Shown piece after piece: positions 10,243-20,339 of a DNA stretch of 64,000 nt (its first letter is position 1; each line of letters begins with the position of its first letter). Location of the stretch: contig OZ246419.1 in the NCBI GenBank assembly GCA_965231135.1, positions 641,488 to 705,487 of the forward strand, given 5' to 3'. The DNA comes from an uncultured Gammaproteobacteria bacterium (GTDB lineage: Bacteria; Patescibacteriota; Microgenomatia; UBA8517). The notes beneath the pieces are model-generated. The model did no database searches. It saw only the letters and a list, made by a program, of their open reading frames with translations, and had not been told where the DNA came from. The position numbers and the translations under genes are program-made.

Positions 10243-10894
10243 AATTCTCTAAAAATTGTGTTACTTGTGCACTTTTATCCGGTGTAACATCTGAGAAGTT
10301 TATTGGCTTTTGCATCAACTCTGCTGAGGTTACTTGAAAACTATTTTCTGTTAGCTTTTTTTGCATTTCATTTAATTTATTTGGTTCGACATAAATTTCC
10401 AATTCTTCACCAACATCTTCAAAATCCTCTGCTCCTAAATCAATTAATTTTAATAGGTCATCATCTGAAGCAGTTTTTTTAATTACAAGTAATCCCTTTG
10501 GAGCAAAGTTAAAGGAAACAGAACCAGGATTTCCCATCTTTCCCCCATTTTTTTCAAAAAGATTTTTTATTTCTGCGTTTGTTCTATTTCTATTATCAGT
10601 TGCTACTTCAACTAAAACCGCAGCACCTCCTGGAGCAAAACCTTCATATAAAACTTCTTCCAGTTCTCCCCCACTACTTGCTTTAGAAATTGCACGATCG
10701 ATATTTTCTTTAGGCATACTTGCTTCACGCGCTTTTTCTATTGCGATTCTTAATTTGAAATTTGCATCTGGATCAGCTCCGCCTTTTGCTGCAATTGTAA
10801 TAGCTCGGGAAAGTTTTGAGAAAACTTGACCACGAGCGTTATCTTTTAATTCTTTTTGACGTTTAGTTGTAGCGTAATGAGAATGACCTGACAT
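10193..10894 (-). CDS. yebC: YebC/PmpR-family transcriptional regulatory protein
   Basis: MSGHSHYATTKRQKELKDNARGQVFSKL matches the conserved YebC N-terminus (MAGHSKWANIKHRK...); 233 aa. Confidence 0.88.
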   Translation of the reverse strand: MSGHSHYATTKRQKELKDNARGQVFSKLSRAITIAAKGGADPDANFKLRIAIEKAREASMPKENIDRAISKASSGGELEEVLYEGFAPGGAAVLVEVATDNRNRTNAEIKNLFEKNGGKMGNPGSVSFNFAPKGLLVIKKTASDDDLLKLIDLGAEDFEDVGEELEIYVEPNKLNEMQKKLTENSFQVTSAELMQKPINFSDVTPDKSAQVTQFLENFDNHDDVQKVFTNANF

Positions 10895-10961
10895 TTTTAC
10901 TTATTATACTCTTGACATAAATAATAGACAATTTATACTCAATCAAGTTGACAACATAAAA

Positions 10962-11534
10962 ATGGAATCAGATCTTGCCCATGAAGCCATAAGCGCAGCA
11001 CTTTGTTGCGACTGGGAAAAAGCTACACTTCTTAATTTAGAAATTTTAAAAAGCAGACCAGAAGATATTGATGCAATGAATAGACTTGCTAGAGCTTATG
11101 CTGAAAGCGGAAATATAAAAAAAGCTACAGAACTAAGCGAAAAAGTATTGAAAATTGATGCGAATAACACAATTGCTTTAAAGTGTGTTGAAAAATGGAA
11201 AAATTTCAAGCCAGGAAACGGGACTAATCATAAAATTGCAAAAATTAGTTTTATAGAAGAACCTGCAAGAACAAAAATTGTTAGTTTAACTAATTTGGGA
11301 GATAAAGAGACAATTATGGAACTAAGCTGCGGAGACGCCGTTAAAATTGATGCGAGCCTTCATAAAGTAAGCGTTGCTACTTTTGACGATAAATATATCG
11401 GGAGATTTCCTGATAATATTGCTTTGAAATTTATAAGTTTATTTAAACTTGGCGGCGAATACGAAGCGTCAGTTAAAACGGCTGACCGAAGCAGTGTAAA
11501 AATATTTGTGCGCGCACTTAAAAACGGTTTCTAA
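10962..11534 (+). CDS. Hypothetical protein with an N-terminal TPR-like helical region
   Basis: 190 aa; helical repeats (LARAYAESGNIKKATELSEKVLKIDANNTIAL). Confidence 0.4.
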   Translation: MESDLAHEAISAALCCDWEKATLLNLEILKSRPEDIDAMNRLARAYAESGNIKKATELSEKVLKIDANNTIALKCVEKWKNFKPGNGTNHKIAKISFIEEPARTKIVSLTNLGDKETIMELSCGDAVKIDASLHKVSVATFDDKYIGRFPDNIALKFISLFKLGGEYEASVKTADRSSVKIFVRALKNGF

Positions 11535-12465
11535 AAATTTCCCCAATATCTATTTGAATGTCAAAATTATTTGGTGCTTTGGAATAGCTTTTGTCACATG
11601 AGAAAATTTTTGCAATTTTATCGACTGCAGCCTGAGTTTGCCCTGTTATTTTGCAATCAAGCGATTTGTTGACATCCATATTTTGGATTGATGCAACGTT
11701 TGCACCTAAAGCTTCAACTGTCTTTGTGACAATTCCCGATGCAACTGAAGTTGAAGTGTAATCGTTTATCAAAACATTTAGATTTTTACTTGCTAAATTT
11801 GTATCTACCAAAAAAGATTCAACACTTGTGGGAATGTTATCTGTAATTGTCCAGCCCAAAGATCCGTCTGTTAATTTCGCGCGAGAAAGCTCACTTGTAT
11901 CTTCAAGGCTGGTCGTGATTTTTCCATTTGCATTGACTGCTATCGCAAAATTTGCCATGCGTAATTTATCAAATACAGATAAATTAGAAATGTCTGGCTT
12001 AAAAAAGGTACTTAATTCAGATAAAATATTGCCATTTGTTAATTTTATAAAATCAGGACCAGACCAATCTGTAATTGGAAAATTAAAAGACTTTATAAGA
12101 GTATTTTTTAAAAAAATTCCTCCTAAATTTTTATCATTCCCCAACTTTGAGATGCTTCCCAATTTCCATGTCCCTAAATTATTTGCAGCATTTACTTCAA
12201 CTTCTGCCGGAGCTACCAAATAACTGATTGAAGATGTTCCTGGATCTAAAACAGTTATAGTTACAATTCCTGCAGAATCTTCGCTTGCAACTAGAATTTT
12301 TGATTTGCCATCCCAAGAAGAATTAGCTGATAGCAAAAAATAAAAAATAGCAACAATAGTGAAAAGGATTGCAAAAACGATAAAAAATAATTTTAAATGA
12401 GATTTTTTTGGCGGTTCTTCGACTATGGCCTTTTTGGAAGTTTTAAGATGATGGAGGTCCTGCAT
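11518..12465 (-). CDS. Membrane-anchored secreted protein, unknown function
   Basis: N-terminal TM (LFFIVFAILFTIVAIFYFLL) followed by a 270-aa extracytoplasmic region. Confidence 0.45.
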   Translation of the reverse strand: MQDLHHLKTSKKAIVEEPPKKSHLKLFFIVFAILFTIVAIFYFLLSANSSWDGKSKILVASEDSAGIVTITVLDPGTSSISYLVAPAEVEVNAANNLGTWKLGSISKLGNDKNLGGIFLKNTLIKSFNFPITDWSGPDFIKLTNGNILSELSTFFKPDISNLSVFDKLRMANFAIAVNANGKITTSLEDTSELSRAKLTDGSLGWTITDNIPTSVESFLVDTNLASKNLNVLINDYTSTSVASGIVTKTVEALGANVASIQNMDVNKSLDCKITGQTQAAVDKIAKIFSCDKSYSKAPNNFDIQIDIGEIFRNRF

Positions 12466-12471
12466 GGCAAC

Positions 12472-14157
12472 TTACATATTAGCATGAGAAAGGCGAAGTG
12501 ATTTTAATTTTTTATTTACCTCTTCTTTGTTTCTACCAGAGTTAATCAAGATACTTTTAACAATTGAAATAGCTGCTTCAAATTCTGGCTGAACAACTTT
12601 TTGAACTTTAAGATCAAGTAATTTTTTAATATCACTATCAAGATGCGCACGAACCATAATTTTTAAATCTGGATAATTTTTCTTACAATATGCAACAATT
12701 TCTTCCTGAGCAACTGGATCAGGAATACTAATTATGACAGCTTTTGCATTCTTGACCTGCGCTTCTTCAAGCATCTCTGGAACGGAAGCATCACCATAAA
12801 GCGCATTGTCGCCTTTTAGTTTTGCTTCATGAATTACTTTATGATTGTAATCAATAATAATAAAATCGACTCCAATTTCTTTTAAAGCTTTTCCAATCCA
12901 TTTCCCCATTCTGCCAAAACCAGCAAGAATAATATGATCTTTTAATTCAGGTTTATTATCTTCGCTTTGCCTTGTTCCTCCTACAAAAAATTTATGAATA
13001 GGACTATTTTTAGTTTTTTCTTTAATAAAATTCCAAATTGGAGTAAGCTCTTTAAATAAAACTGAGGAAACAAGAAGAGTGACAAGCGTTGTTGAAATTG
13101 CAATTTGAGTTAGATTTGAATCTAAAATTCCAAGCGCTTGGGCAAGCAAAAACAACACAAAAGCAAATTCCCCTACTTGTGCAATTCCAATTGAAACGGC
13201 GATCGCAGTTTTGCCGCGAACTCCAAATAAAAGATTTAATAAAAAAGTAACGAGCGCTTTTATAAAAATAATAAAGACTGTCAAAATTAAAATTGTGAAA
13301 AAATGTGTAAAGACAAAAATTGGAGAGACTAAAAACCCAAGCGATACAAAAAATAAAGTTACAAAAATGTCGCGAAGTGGGCGGGTTTCGCTAAAAATGG
13401 CATGATTCTCCTGAGTTTTGGAAATAACGACTCCGGCCAAAAATGCGCCAAAGCTTGCAGAAATTCCAAAAAGAGTTACCAAACTTGCAACACCAAGCGC
13501 TAAAACAATTGCAAGTAATAATAAAAATTCACGATTGTTGGTTTTAGCTACAAGATGGGTAAGATAGGGAGCAACTAATTTTCCAATCAATAAAACCAAC
13601 CCTAAAATCAAAACTGTAGTAAGCAGAGAACTTAATGCAACACTTCCCCAGGAGTTATTTTGTAAAGTCAAAGTTGGTAATAAAACAACTATTGGAATAA
13701 CTGCTAAATCTTGAACTAAAGCCCAGCTGGTAAGAATTTCATAATGAATTGTCCCCTCTTCCTGGCGGTCAGAAAGAATTTTTACTATTAAAGCAGTTGA
13801 TGACATTGAAAATGCAAGCGATAAAACCAAACTTGCAGCTGGAGCTATGTTCGCAAAAGTTACAAGACAAAAGAATAATATTGCAGTAACAATAATAATT
13901 TGCAAAATGCTGCCAACAATAGCTATTTTTCCGACTTTAATTAATTTTTCCAGAGAAATTTCGAGGCCAACTGAAAACATTAATAAAATAACACCAATCT
14001 GGGCAATATTTTGACTAGTTGAATTATCAAAAGAAAAAATTAAACCACCAATACTTCCAGCTAAAATATAACCAACTAATGAAGGGATTTTTAGAGCTTT
14101 AGCAATAAGACCACCGATTAAAGCCGCGAGAAGTATGAAAAATAATGTGGTAATCAT
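12472..14157 (-). CDS. CPA2-family monovalent cation:proton antiporter with a C-terminal RCK/TrkA-N domain (KefB/KefC-like)
   Basis: About 12 TM helices followed by a Rossmann motif ILAGFGRMGKWIGKAL. Confidence 0.85.
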   Translation of the reverse strand: MITTLFFILLAALIGGLIAKALKIPSLVGYILAGSIGGLIFSFDNSTSQNIAQIGVILLMFSVGLEISLEKLIKVGKIAIVGSILQIIIVTAILFFCLVTFANIAPAASLVLSLAFSMSSTALIVKILSDRQEEGTIHYEILTSWALVQDLAVIPIVVLLPTLTLQNNSWGSVALSSLLTTVLILGLVLLIGKLVAPYLTHLVAKTNNREFLLLLAIVLALGVASLVTLFGISASFGAFLAGVVISKTQENHAIFSETRPLRDIFVTLFFVSLGFLVSPIFVFTHFFTILILTVFIIFIKALVTFLLNLLFGVRGKTAIAVSIGIAQVGEFAFVLFLLAQALGILDSNLTQIAISTTLVTLLVSSVLFKELTPIWNFIKEKTKNSPIHKFFVGGTRQSEDNKPELKDHIILAGFGRMGKWIGKALKEIGVDFIIIDYNHKVIHEAKLKGDNALYGDASVPEMLEEAQVKNAKAVIISIPDPVAQEEIVAYCKKNYPDLKIMVRAHLDSDIKKLLDLKVQKVVQPEFEAAISIVKSILINSGRNKEEVNKKLKSLRLSHANM

Positions 14158-14185
14158 TTATTTTTCAGTGTAGCAAAGAAGAGAT

Positions 14186-14494
14186 TTAAAGAGAATTGGC
14201 TAAATTGAGAATTGATTGTGTTGGTGGAAGTCCTTCTTCTTCATTTCCCAAACCAATACGAAATACAATCTCTTTTAAATCCTTAAAATCGCCAGCTACT
14301 GCTCTAACAACCGAAGGTTCCATAAGTTCACCATATGCTGATAAATCTATTGCCATCATTAATCTTAATGCATCTAACTTTGCAGTTTCTTGAGGTAATA
14401 TTCTATTTTCATATTTTTGCTTAATTTCATGAATTACCATATCCATGGTGTGTTCAGAATTACGAAGCTCATGTTCAATAAAAGGACTTGCCAT
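14186..14494 (-). CDS. Hypothetical 102-aa protein
   Basis: ORF only. Confidence 0.3.
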   Translation of the reverse strand: MASPFIEHELRNSEHTMDMVIHEIKQKYENRILPQETAKLDALRLMMAIDLSAYGELMEPSVVRAVAGDFKDLKEIVFRIGLGNEEEGLPPTQSILNLANSL

Positions 14495-14523
14495 GTTAAT
14501 TATTATAATACATGTTTTGATAT

Positions 14524-15252
14524 TTACAAAAATTTTTCAAATTCTTTTGGTAAATTGGTTTCTAATTTTATTTTCTTTTTTGTAACTGGATGAATAAATT
14601 CAATTTCTTTGGCATGAAGCATTAAGCGGCCAAAAATTTGTAAATCTTTTTTTGAAACTTTTCTGCCTGCATACAAAAAATCCCCCACTATTGGATGCCC
14701 TATATGTTTTAAGTGAACTCTTAATTGGTGAGTGCGGCCTGTTTTTGGATATAATTCGAGCAAACTATATTCTTTAGACCCTTCGACTTCGCTCAGGGTG
14801 ACACTTCGTGCCACTTTATATTTTGTTAGTGCATCGCGGCCATTATCAATTACTCCAAATTTGCTTCTCTTCCAAGGAAGTCTGCCAATTTTTGCATTAA
14901 TTTCACCAATGCCCTGCATTTCTCCATGAACCAATGCAACATAAACCTTATTTACTTCGCGATCAAAAAATTCTTTTTGTAATTCATGAAAAATATTTTC
15001 ATTTTTGGCAACTAAAATAATTCCGGAAGTTGGCTTATCTAATCTGTGTACTATTCCGTTTCGTAACATTTTATTGTGGGCAATTTCAAAATCATAATTT
15101 TTATCAATCCAATCCTGGAGACTTGGCGCATCTGAAATAGTATTTGAATCGTTTACAACAAAGCCAGCTGGTTTATTTAGAGCGAGAATGTAATCATCTT
15201 CGAAGATTACTTGAGGATTGTCCATTATTTTTTCTTTTCGCAGGATACACAA
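14524..15252 (-). CDS. RluA-family pseudouridine synthase
   Basis: HRLDKPTSGIILVAK catalytic motif. Confidence 0.88.
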   Translation of the reverse strand: MCILRKEKIMDNPQVIFEDDYILALNKPAGFVVNDSNTISDAPSLQDWIDKNYDFEIAHNKMLRNGIVHRLDKPTSGIILVAKNENIFHELQKEFFDREVNKVYVALVHGEMQGIGEINAKIGRLPWKRSKFGVIDNGRDALTKYKVARSVTLSEVEGSKEYSLLELYPKTGRTHQLRVHLKHIGHPIVGDFLYAGRKVSKKDLQIFGRLMLHAKEIEFIHPVTKKKIKLETNLPKEFEKFL

Positions 15253-15614
15253 AGCGAAGCTTGCGGATAAACCATCAAGCGATCTGTGTCAATCATCTTA
15301 CCACAGTTTTCGCAGATTCCGTATTTACCCAATTTAATTCTTGTTAGAGCTTTACGAATTTCAATTCTTTTTTTATCAATCTGTTCACGAAGAGCTGATG
15401 TTGTCGCATGGCCAAATTGCTCCTCTGCTTCAGTGTCCAGTGCTGCATTATCATCTGCTCTTGCATGATTTGAAAAGGGATCTTCTTCTTTAAGATTTTT
15501 CTTTTGGCGATCTAAGACATGCAATTGATCTTGCAAGAAAGTCTGTACTGGGCGCAAGACTGACGACGGAAATTTTATTGGTTCTTCTTTTTTAGTTACT
15601 TTTGTTTTTGCCAT
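15225..15614 (-). CDS. DksA/TraR-family C4 zinc-finger protein
   Basis: C-terminal CENCGKMIDTDRLMVYPQASLCVSCEKK (CxxC-N17-CxxC) with an acidic coiled-coil N-terminus. Confidence 0.7.
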   Translation of the reverse strand: MAKTKVTKKEEPIKFPSSVLRPVQTFLQDQLHVLDRQKKNLKEEDPFSNHARADDNAALDTEAEEQFGHATTSALREQIDKKRIEIRKALTRIKLGKYGICENCGKMIDTDRLMVYPQASLCVSCEKKK

Positions 15615-15615
15615 T

Positions 15616-16257
15616 TTAGCTCCCTGACAAATTATACAACACTATGAAAAACAGAAAAGATGTAATACTACTTAATATTGCATCAAATTTGCCTACAAAG
15701 GATAGCATCATTGGATCTATTAATGCAAACACAACCCTAAAAAGAAAAAAGGCAGCTAAACAAACAAGCCCAGCAAAGCCGAGCTTGCCAGATTTATACC
15801 AATTAAATAATTTGTATTTTTTGGTCAAAAAAGAGAAAAAAGGAATCAGGGCAACAGTAAGAAGGGAAAAAATTAAAAGATAAACATCTTTTGTAAGCAC
15901 TGCATTCACGATAAAAATAGTAAAAAGTAGAAACAAAGAACCAAGAGTTACAGCTTCAAGAGTTTCAAATAGGCGCAAGTTTAATTTATAAAAGGCAACA
16001 CAAAAACCGATACATGAAAAAATAACAGCAGTCCAAAACCATATACCAGAAAAATTAAAAATATTTTTTAGACCATTAATGGATAAGCTTCTTCCAAGAA
16101 AGCCTAAAATAAAACCAAAAAGAAGAAAGCCAATTACAATAAACGCGCCAGAGAAGATCTGATCTGATGTGTAATCTTCTTTGAGGCTTTTCCAGAAAAA
16201 ATATAAAAAGCCTAAAATTCCGACAGGAAAGCTAATAAAAATACTTACGTTTGACAT
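15616..16257 (-). CDS. Integral membrane protein, unknown function
   Basis: 213 aa with 6-7 hydrophobic helices. Confidence 0.45.
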   Translation of the reverse strand: MSNVSIFISFPVGILGFLYFFWKSLKEDYTSDQIFSGAFIVIGFLLFGFILGFLGRSLSINGLKNIFNFSGIWFWTAVIFSCIGFCVAFYKLNLRLFETLEAVTLGSLFLLFTIFIVNAVLTKDVYLLIFSLLTVALIPFFSFLTKKYKLFNWYKSGKLGFAGLVCLAAFFLFRVVFALIDPMMLSFVGKFDAILSSITSFLFFIVLYNLSGS

Positions 16258-16282
16258 GTAAACTCACCAAATTATATCATTT

Positions 16283-16750
16283 ATGTACTTTATGCTTGAA
16301 ACGCCTCATGTCGCAGTTGGCGCTGCGATTGCAAGTAAAATCCCAAACCCGTTTATTGCAATTCCCCTTGCATTTGCTTCACATTTTATTTTGGATATTA
16401 CTCCACACTGGAATCCACATATCAATCGCGAAATTAAAAAGTATGGACATCCAACGAAACAAAGTATTAATATAATCAGGATAGATTCGGCTGTTGCTTT
16501 GGTTCTGGGAAGTGCACTTGCTCTTCATGCTGGTACGCCGATGCAAGCGGCAAATGTTTTAGCCTGCAGTTTTGTAGCAGTTACTCCTGATGTTGTTGAA
16601 ATTCCATATTATTTTTTGCATAAAAAATATACTGTTCTTGAAAAATGGATTGCCTGGCAAAAATCTATTCAGGCTGATGCTGAGCCAGTCATTGGGCTTG
16701 CCACACAATTTATTATTGTTTTAGTTGCTTTGTTTTGGATATTCAGTTAA
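16283..16750 (+). CDS. Membrane protein, possible membrane-bound metal-dependent hydrolase (DUF457/YdjM-like)
   Basis: His-rich (HFILDITPHWNPH) hydrophobic 155-aa protein; weak. Confidence 0.3.
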   Translation: MYFMLETPHVAVGAAIASKIPNPFIAIPLAFASHFILDITPHWNPHINREIKKYGHPTKQSINIIRIDSAVALVLGSALALHAGTPMQAANVLACSFVAVTPDVVEIPYYFLHKKYTVLEKWIAWQKSIQADAEPVIGLATQFIIVLVALFWIFS

Positions 16751-17314
16751 TTATTTTAATTTCAAATCAAGTAACTTTGGAGGGTCATCATAGCCACTAA
16801 TATAGGCAAAAAGTTCGTTATATTGAGGATTGAATTTCACTTCGTCAATTCCTTGTGCTGGATAGTTCCCTGAAGTTTGCACAACAATCTCGGGCATTTT
16901 ATTTGTTGGAACAAATATTAGTAAATCATGATTAATAGAAGCAATAAAGTAAGCATTACCCTTCGAAAGAGTGAATTCTTTGCATTCTATAATATAACCT
17001 GATGATATTTCGGTCTTTGGATCAACTCCTCTTACTTGGGTAATATTTGATAGTTCTTTAATAATAGTTTGCGGGCTAATTGAGCAATTGTTGCCTTCAA
17101 TAAGGCTACTATCAAATATATAAGAAGGGTTTGAGTCTGTACTCATTGTGAAATAACTTGACTCTAATGGCGGAACATAACTTGCATATGTATAGTCTTC
17201 ATAGCTAAATGAAGTTATAAACCAAGTGATAAAAGAAATTATTGCGCCAAAAATAAATAAAAAAATCATGTATTTAATATGATTATGTTTTTTACTTATT
17301 TGCTCATCAGACAT
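16751..17314 (-). CDS. Membrane-anchored hypothetical protein
   Basis: N-terminal TM. Overlaps the upstream gene by ATGA; lies downstream of efp. Confidence 0.4.
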   Translation of the reverse strand: MSDEQISKKHNHIKYMIFLFIFGAIISFITWFITSFSYEDYTYASYVPPLESSYFTMSTDSNPSYIFDSSLIEGNNCSISPQTIIKELSNITQVRGVDPKTEISSGYIIECKEFTLSKGNAYFIASINHDLLIFVPTNKMPEIVVQTSGNYPAQGIDEVKFNPQYNELFAYISGYDDPPKLLDLKLK

Positions 17315-17316
17315 AT

Positions 17317-17799
17317 TTAGTTAATTTTCTTACAAGAATATACAGTTGTTTCTTGAACTGGCCCTGCGGATGCATTTGTAGTTTGGACTAGATAGCCATT
17401 TATTTTTGAAATGTATAAACTTCCATACCGATCATACTCACTAATATCTTGGTTTGTTTCATTATCAATTTGGACTATTTCAGGTTTACTATCACTATTA
17501 GCAAAATTAAGAGATATTGTTTGACCAGCTCGAGAAACAGTTATTGTAGACTTGTAATTTCCTCTTGTTGAACCGATTGCATAATATGAACTATCCGGCG
17601 TGTAGGGATTAAAGTCGTTTTCTATAAATTCATTACAGTTTAGAGTTGTGAAGTTTTCTATATTATGCGGTTGATATTGGAGATAAACAGTAGCGTCATT
17701 ATTTTTAATTAGTATGTAAATTATCAATATTAATGCCAAAAGTCCAAGAATAATTGTAATAATCCAGTGAAGTTTATGAAATTTTTCTTTTGTTTTCAT
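17317..17799 (-). CDS. Membrane-anchored hypothetical protein
   Basis: N-terminal TM. 4-nt overlap with the efp stop. Confidence 0.4.
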   Translation of the reverse strand: MKTKEKFHKLHWIITIILGLLALILIIYILIKNNDATVYLQYQPHNIENFTTLNCNEFIENDFNPYTPDSSYYAIGSTRGNYKSTITVSRAGQTISLNFANSDSKPEIVQIDNETNQDISEYDRYGSLYISKINGYLVQTTNASAGPVQETTVYSCKKIN

Positions 17800-18359
17800 T
17801 TATTTGCTCGTTCGACATAAGAGGAAGTTCTTGTATCAACTCTAATTTCTTCACCGACATTTATAAAAAGTGGCACTTTGATGATTATGCCGTTACTTAA
17901 TTTTGCCGGCTTATATAAATTGCTTACTGTATTTCCTTTGACTCCTGGATCTGTCTCGACAACTGTCAAAACTACTTTTGGAGCAATATCAATTGATAAA
18001 ACTTTTTCATTCCAAAAAAGTAAATCAACATTATCCCCTTCTTTTACAAAAGGTAATTCTTCGCTAATAACTGCGACAGGAACTTCTACTTGATCAAAAG
18101 TTTGTGGATCCATGAAAGTTGCTGTGGTTGCATCTTTAAATAAATATTGAAGGCGGCGCTTTGTGGTAATTAATTCATCAAATTTATTTTCAGTGCCTAG
18201 AGAAAGAGGCTGAGTTGTACCTGTTTCCATGTTTTTAACCATGAGTTTTACAGTTGCAGCTCCACGACCCATTTTGATTAATGAATAATTTACGACTTTG
18301 AAAGGTTTATCGTAATAAATAAATGTTTTGCCGTTTTTAAGATCTGTTGAATTTATCAT
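17796..18359 (-). CDS. efp: Translation elongation factor P
   Basis: 187 aa, aligns with EF-P throughout. The loop residue equivalent to E. coli K34 is Arg (KMGRGAAT). Confidence 0.9.
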   Translation of the reverse strand: MINSTDLKNGKTFIYYDKPFKVVNYSLIKMGRGAATVKLMVKNMETGTTQPLSLGTENKFDELITTKRRLQYLFKDATTATFMDPQTFDQVEVPVAVISEELPFVKEGDNVDLLFWNEKVLSIDIAPKVVLTVVETDPGVKGNTVSNLYKPAKLSNGIIIKVPLFINVGEEIRVDTRTSSYVERANK

Positions 18360-18425
18360 TTGCAGAGGTATTATACCTCGCAGTTAGCTCATTTAGCTAG
18401 TTTTTAATAAGCGAAGCTTGTCACT

Positions 18426-18653
18426 ATGATAAAATTAATGCTCATGTCGCTAAAAGAAATTACACACCCAAATTTACCAAGACAATTGTTGGCTGAAGAT
18501 AATGTCAGACATGCTGAAGATAAATCAACAGAGTTGTTTTTTCAAATGATTGGCCGAGGTTTGAAACAACGAGAGGTCAGAAAAATAGCAAGACATGTCG
18601 GGCTAAACGAAAGAGATCCTTTCGGAAGGGATTTTTTTGAATTTTTGGACTAA
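18426..18653 (+). CDS. Possible small protein (75 aa), or a non-coding transcript ending at a UUCG-loop terminator
   Basis: An ORF is present, and its 3' end coincides with a hairpin plus T-run. Confidence 0.25.
   Translation: MIKLMLMSLKEITHPNLPRQLLAEDNVRHAEDKSTELFFQMIGRGLKQREVRKIARHVGLNERDPFGRDFFEFLD
18616..18638 (+). terminator. Intrinsic terminator-like hairpin (AUCCU-UUCGGAA-GGGAU) followed by UUUUUUU
   Basis: Seen in sequence about 40 nt upstream of tRNA-Leu. Confidence 0.4.
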
Positions 18654-18676
18654 TACGTGAGATAATATGCGTAATT

Positions 18677-18761
18677 GCCGGGGTGGCGGAATGGCAGACG
18701 CGTAGGTCTCAAAAACCTATGGGGATAACACCTCGTGAGGGTTCGACTCCCTCCTCCGGCA
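18677..18761 (+). tRNA. tRNA-Leu(CAA), class II with long variable arm; CCA not encoded
   Basis: Manual fold: acceptor stem GCCGGGG/CTCCGGC (one G-U pair), D-arm GCGG..., anticodon stem TAGGT/ACCTA with loop CT-CAA-AA, long variable arm, T-arm GAGGG-TTCGACT-CCCTC. Confidence 0.88.
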
Positions 18762-18773
18762 CTTACTAATAAA

Positions 18774-18983
18774 ATGGAATTCGATAATAATCTAGATTTT
18801 GGAGAAATATTCCAAAGAGCAAAACAAAGACATCATGACTACTTTTTGCGTGCATTTTATGAAGGAAAATTAAGTAAAGAAGATGAAGCAGAACTTAAGC
18901 TAGCAATTGATCGCGAACATAATTCTATTGTACAACCTTTAGGAGCAGGTATTCCGTTTGAAGATGAACTTCATAATAATTAA
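18774..18983 (+). CDS. Small hypothetical protein (start trimmed so as not to overlap the tRNA)
   Basis: The track ORF 18735-18983 overlaps the tRNA; an internal Met (MEFDNN) is used here. Confidence 0.25.
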   Translation: MEFDNNLDFGEIFQRAKQRHHDYFLRAFYEGKLSKEDEAELKLAIDREHNSIVQPLGAGIPFEDELHNN

Positions 18984-18986
18984 TAT

Positions 18987-20339
18987 TTATTCCTTAGAAT
19001 GTTTTGTGTCGCGAGGATAAAATCTTGTTCTGTCCCCATGGAATGATAACTTTATACTTCCTAGTGCACCGTTACGGTGTTTTGCAATATCAAGAGTGAT
19101 ATTTAATGGCTTTCCTGGCTCCTGATCTTCTGCATCATCTTCACGCCATAAAAACATAACAACATCTGCATCCTGCTCAATGCTTCCCGACTCTCTCAGA
19201 TCTGAAAGCTGAGGGCGTTTTACACCGCGCTGCTCAACAGATCTTGATAACTGAGAAAGGGCAAGAACCGGAATTTTTAATTCCCTTGCAATATTTTTAA
19301 ACCCTTGAGAAATTTCTGAAACTTCCTGGACGCGGTTTTCCAAATTACGAGACTTGGCCAACTGAAGATAATCGATAATTAATAAATCGATTCCATATTC
19401 AACTTGAAGCCTTCGCGCTTTTGTTCTCATCTCCAAAATTGATAAGGCTGGCGTATCGTCAATATAAAAAGGCGCCTCTGCTAATTCCCCCATCGCATTA
19501 CTAAGATTTGTAAAATCTTCATCATTTAATTTTCCAGTTTTTAATTTCCATGCATCAATATCTGCTTGGGCAGTTAATAATCTATCAACTAATTCTTCTT
19601 TGCTCATTTCAAGTGAAAACATTCCGACAGATCTTTTTTCATTAACTGCTAGGTTTTGGGCAATATTTAATGCAAAAGAAGTTTTTCCAACTCCAGGGCG
19701 CGCTGCAAGAATAATTAAATTTGATTTTTGTAATCCTGCTGTCAGATCATCTAATTCTTTAAAACTTGTGGGGATTCCGCGAAGCCCGCTATCCATCTTA
19801 TGTAATTCATCGAGGCGATCAAAAGAATCTGCAAGAGCGGCGCGAACCGGAGTGAAACTTCCGCCTAAAGAACTTTGAGTAAGAGAAAAGATTTCGCTTT
19901 CTGCTTTATCAAGAAGATCTTCTGCTTCCAAACTTTCATCAAAACTTAAATCAACCAACTTGGTTGCCTTGGCCATTAATAATCTTTTTGTTGCCAGATT
20001 TTTTACAATCTTTGCATATTGAGCAACATGGGCTGCGGTTGGGACGCTTCCTAAAAGCTCACGAAGATAATTTTGACCGCCAACTTCTTTTAAAGTTTTT
20101 CTTTTTTTTAAATTTTCCCCGACAGTAATAATATCTATAGGAGCGCGCTCTTCATATAAAGCAACTATTGCTTCAAAAATTTCTTTATGGCGATCGTCAT
20201 AAAAATGCTCGCCTCTTATTATTTCGGCGACTTCTATAATTGCATCTTTATCAAGAAGTAATGCGCCTAAAACTGAAATTTCGGCATCGTTACTGTGGGG
20301 CGGGACATGTAAATCACTTTTTTTCGAGGATAACGGCAT
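18987..20339 (-). CDS. dnaB: Replicative DNA helicase DnaB
   Basis: 450 aa; Walker A GVGKTSFAL, DnaB N-terminal domain, no intein. Confidence 0.93.
   Translation of the reverse strand: MPLSSKKSDLHVPPHSNDAEISVLGALLLDKDAIIEVAEIIRGEHFYDDRHKEIFEAIVALYEERAPIDIITVGENLKKRKTLKEVGGQNYLRELLGSVPTAAHVAQYAKIVKNLATKRLLMAKATKLVDLSFDESLEAEDLLDKAESEIFSLTQSSLGGSFTPVRAALADSFDRLDELHKMDSGLRGIPTSFKELDDLTAGLQKSNLIILAARPGVGKTSFALNIAQNLAVNEKRSVGMFSLEMSKEELVDRLLTAQADIDAWKLKTGKLNDEDFTNLSNAMGELAEAPFYIDDTPALSILEMRTKARRLQVEYGIDLLIIDYLQLAKSRNLENRVQEVSEISQGFKNIARELKIPVLALSQLSRSVEQRGVKRPQLSDLRESGSIEQDADVVMFLWREDDAEDQEPGKPLNITLDIAKHRNGALGSIKLSFHGDRTRFYPRDTKHSKE

Noticed and set aside
18987-20339. Intein in DnaB (or in GyrA at 3208-5832)
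   Set aside because: Both proteins are of normal length with contiguous conserved motifs; no insertion is seen.
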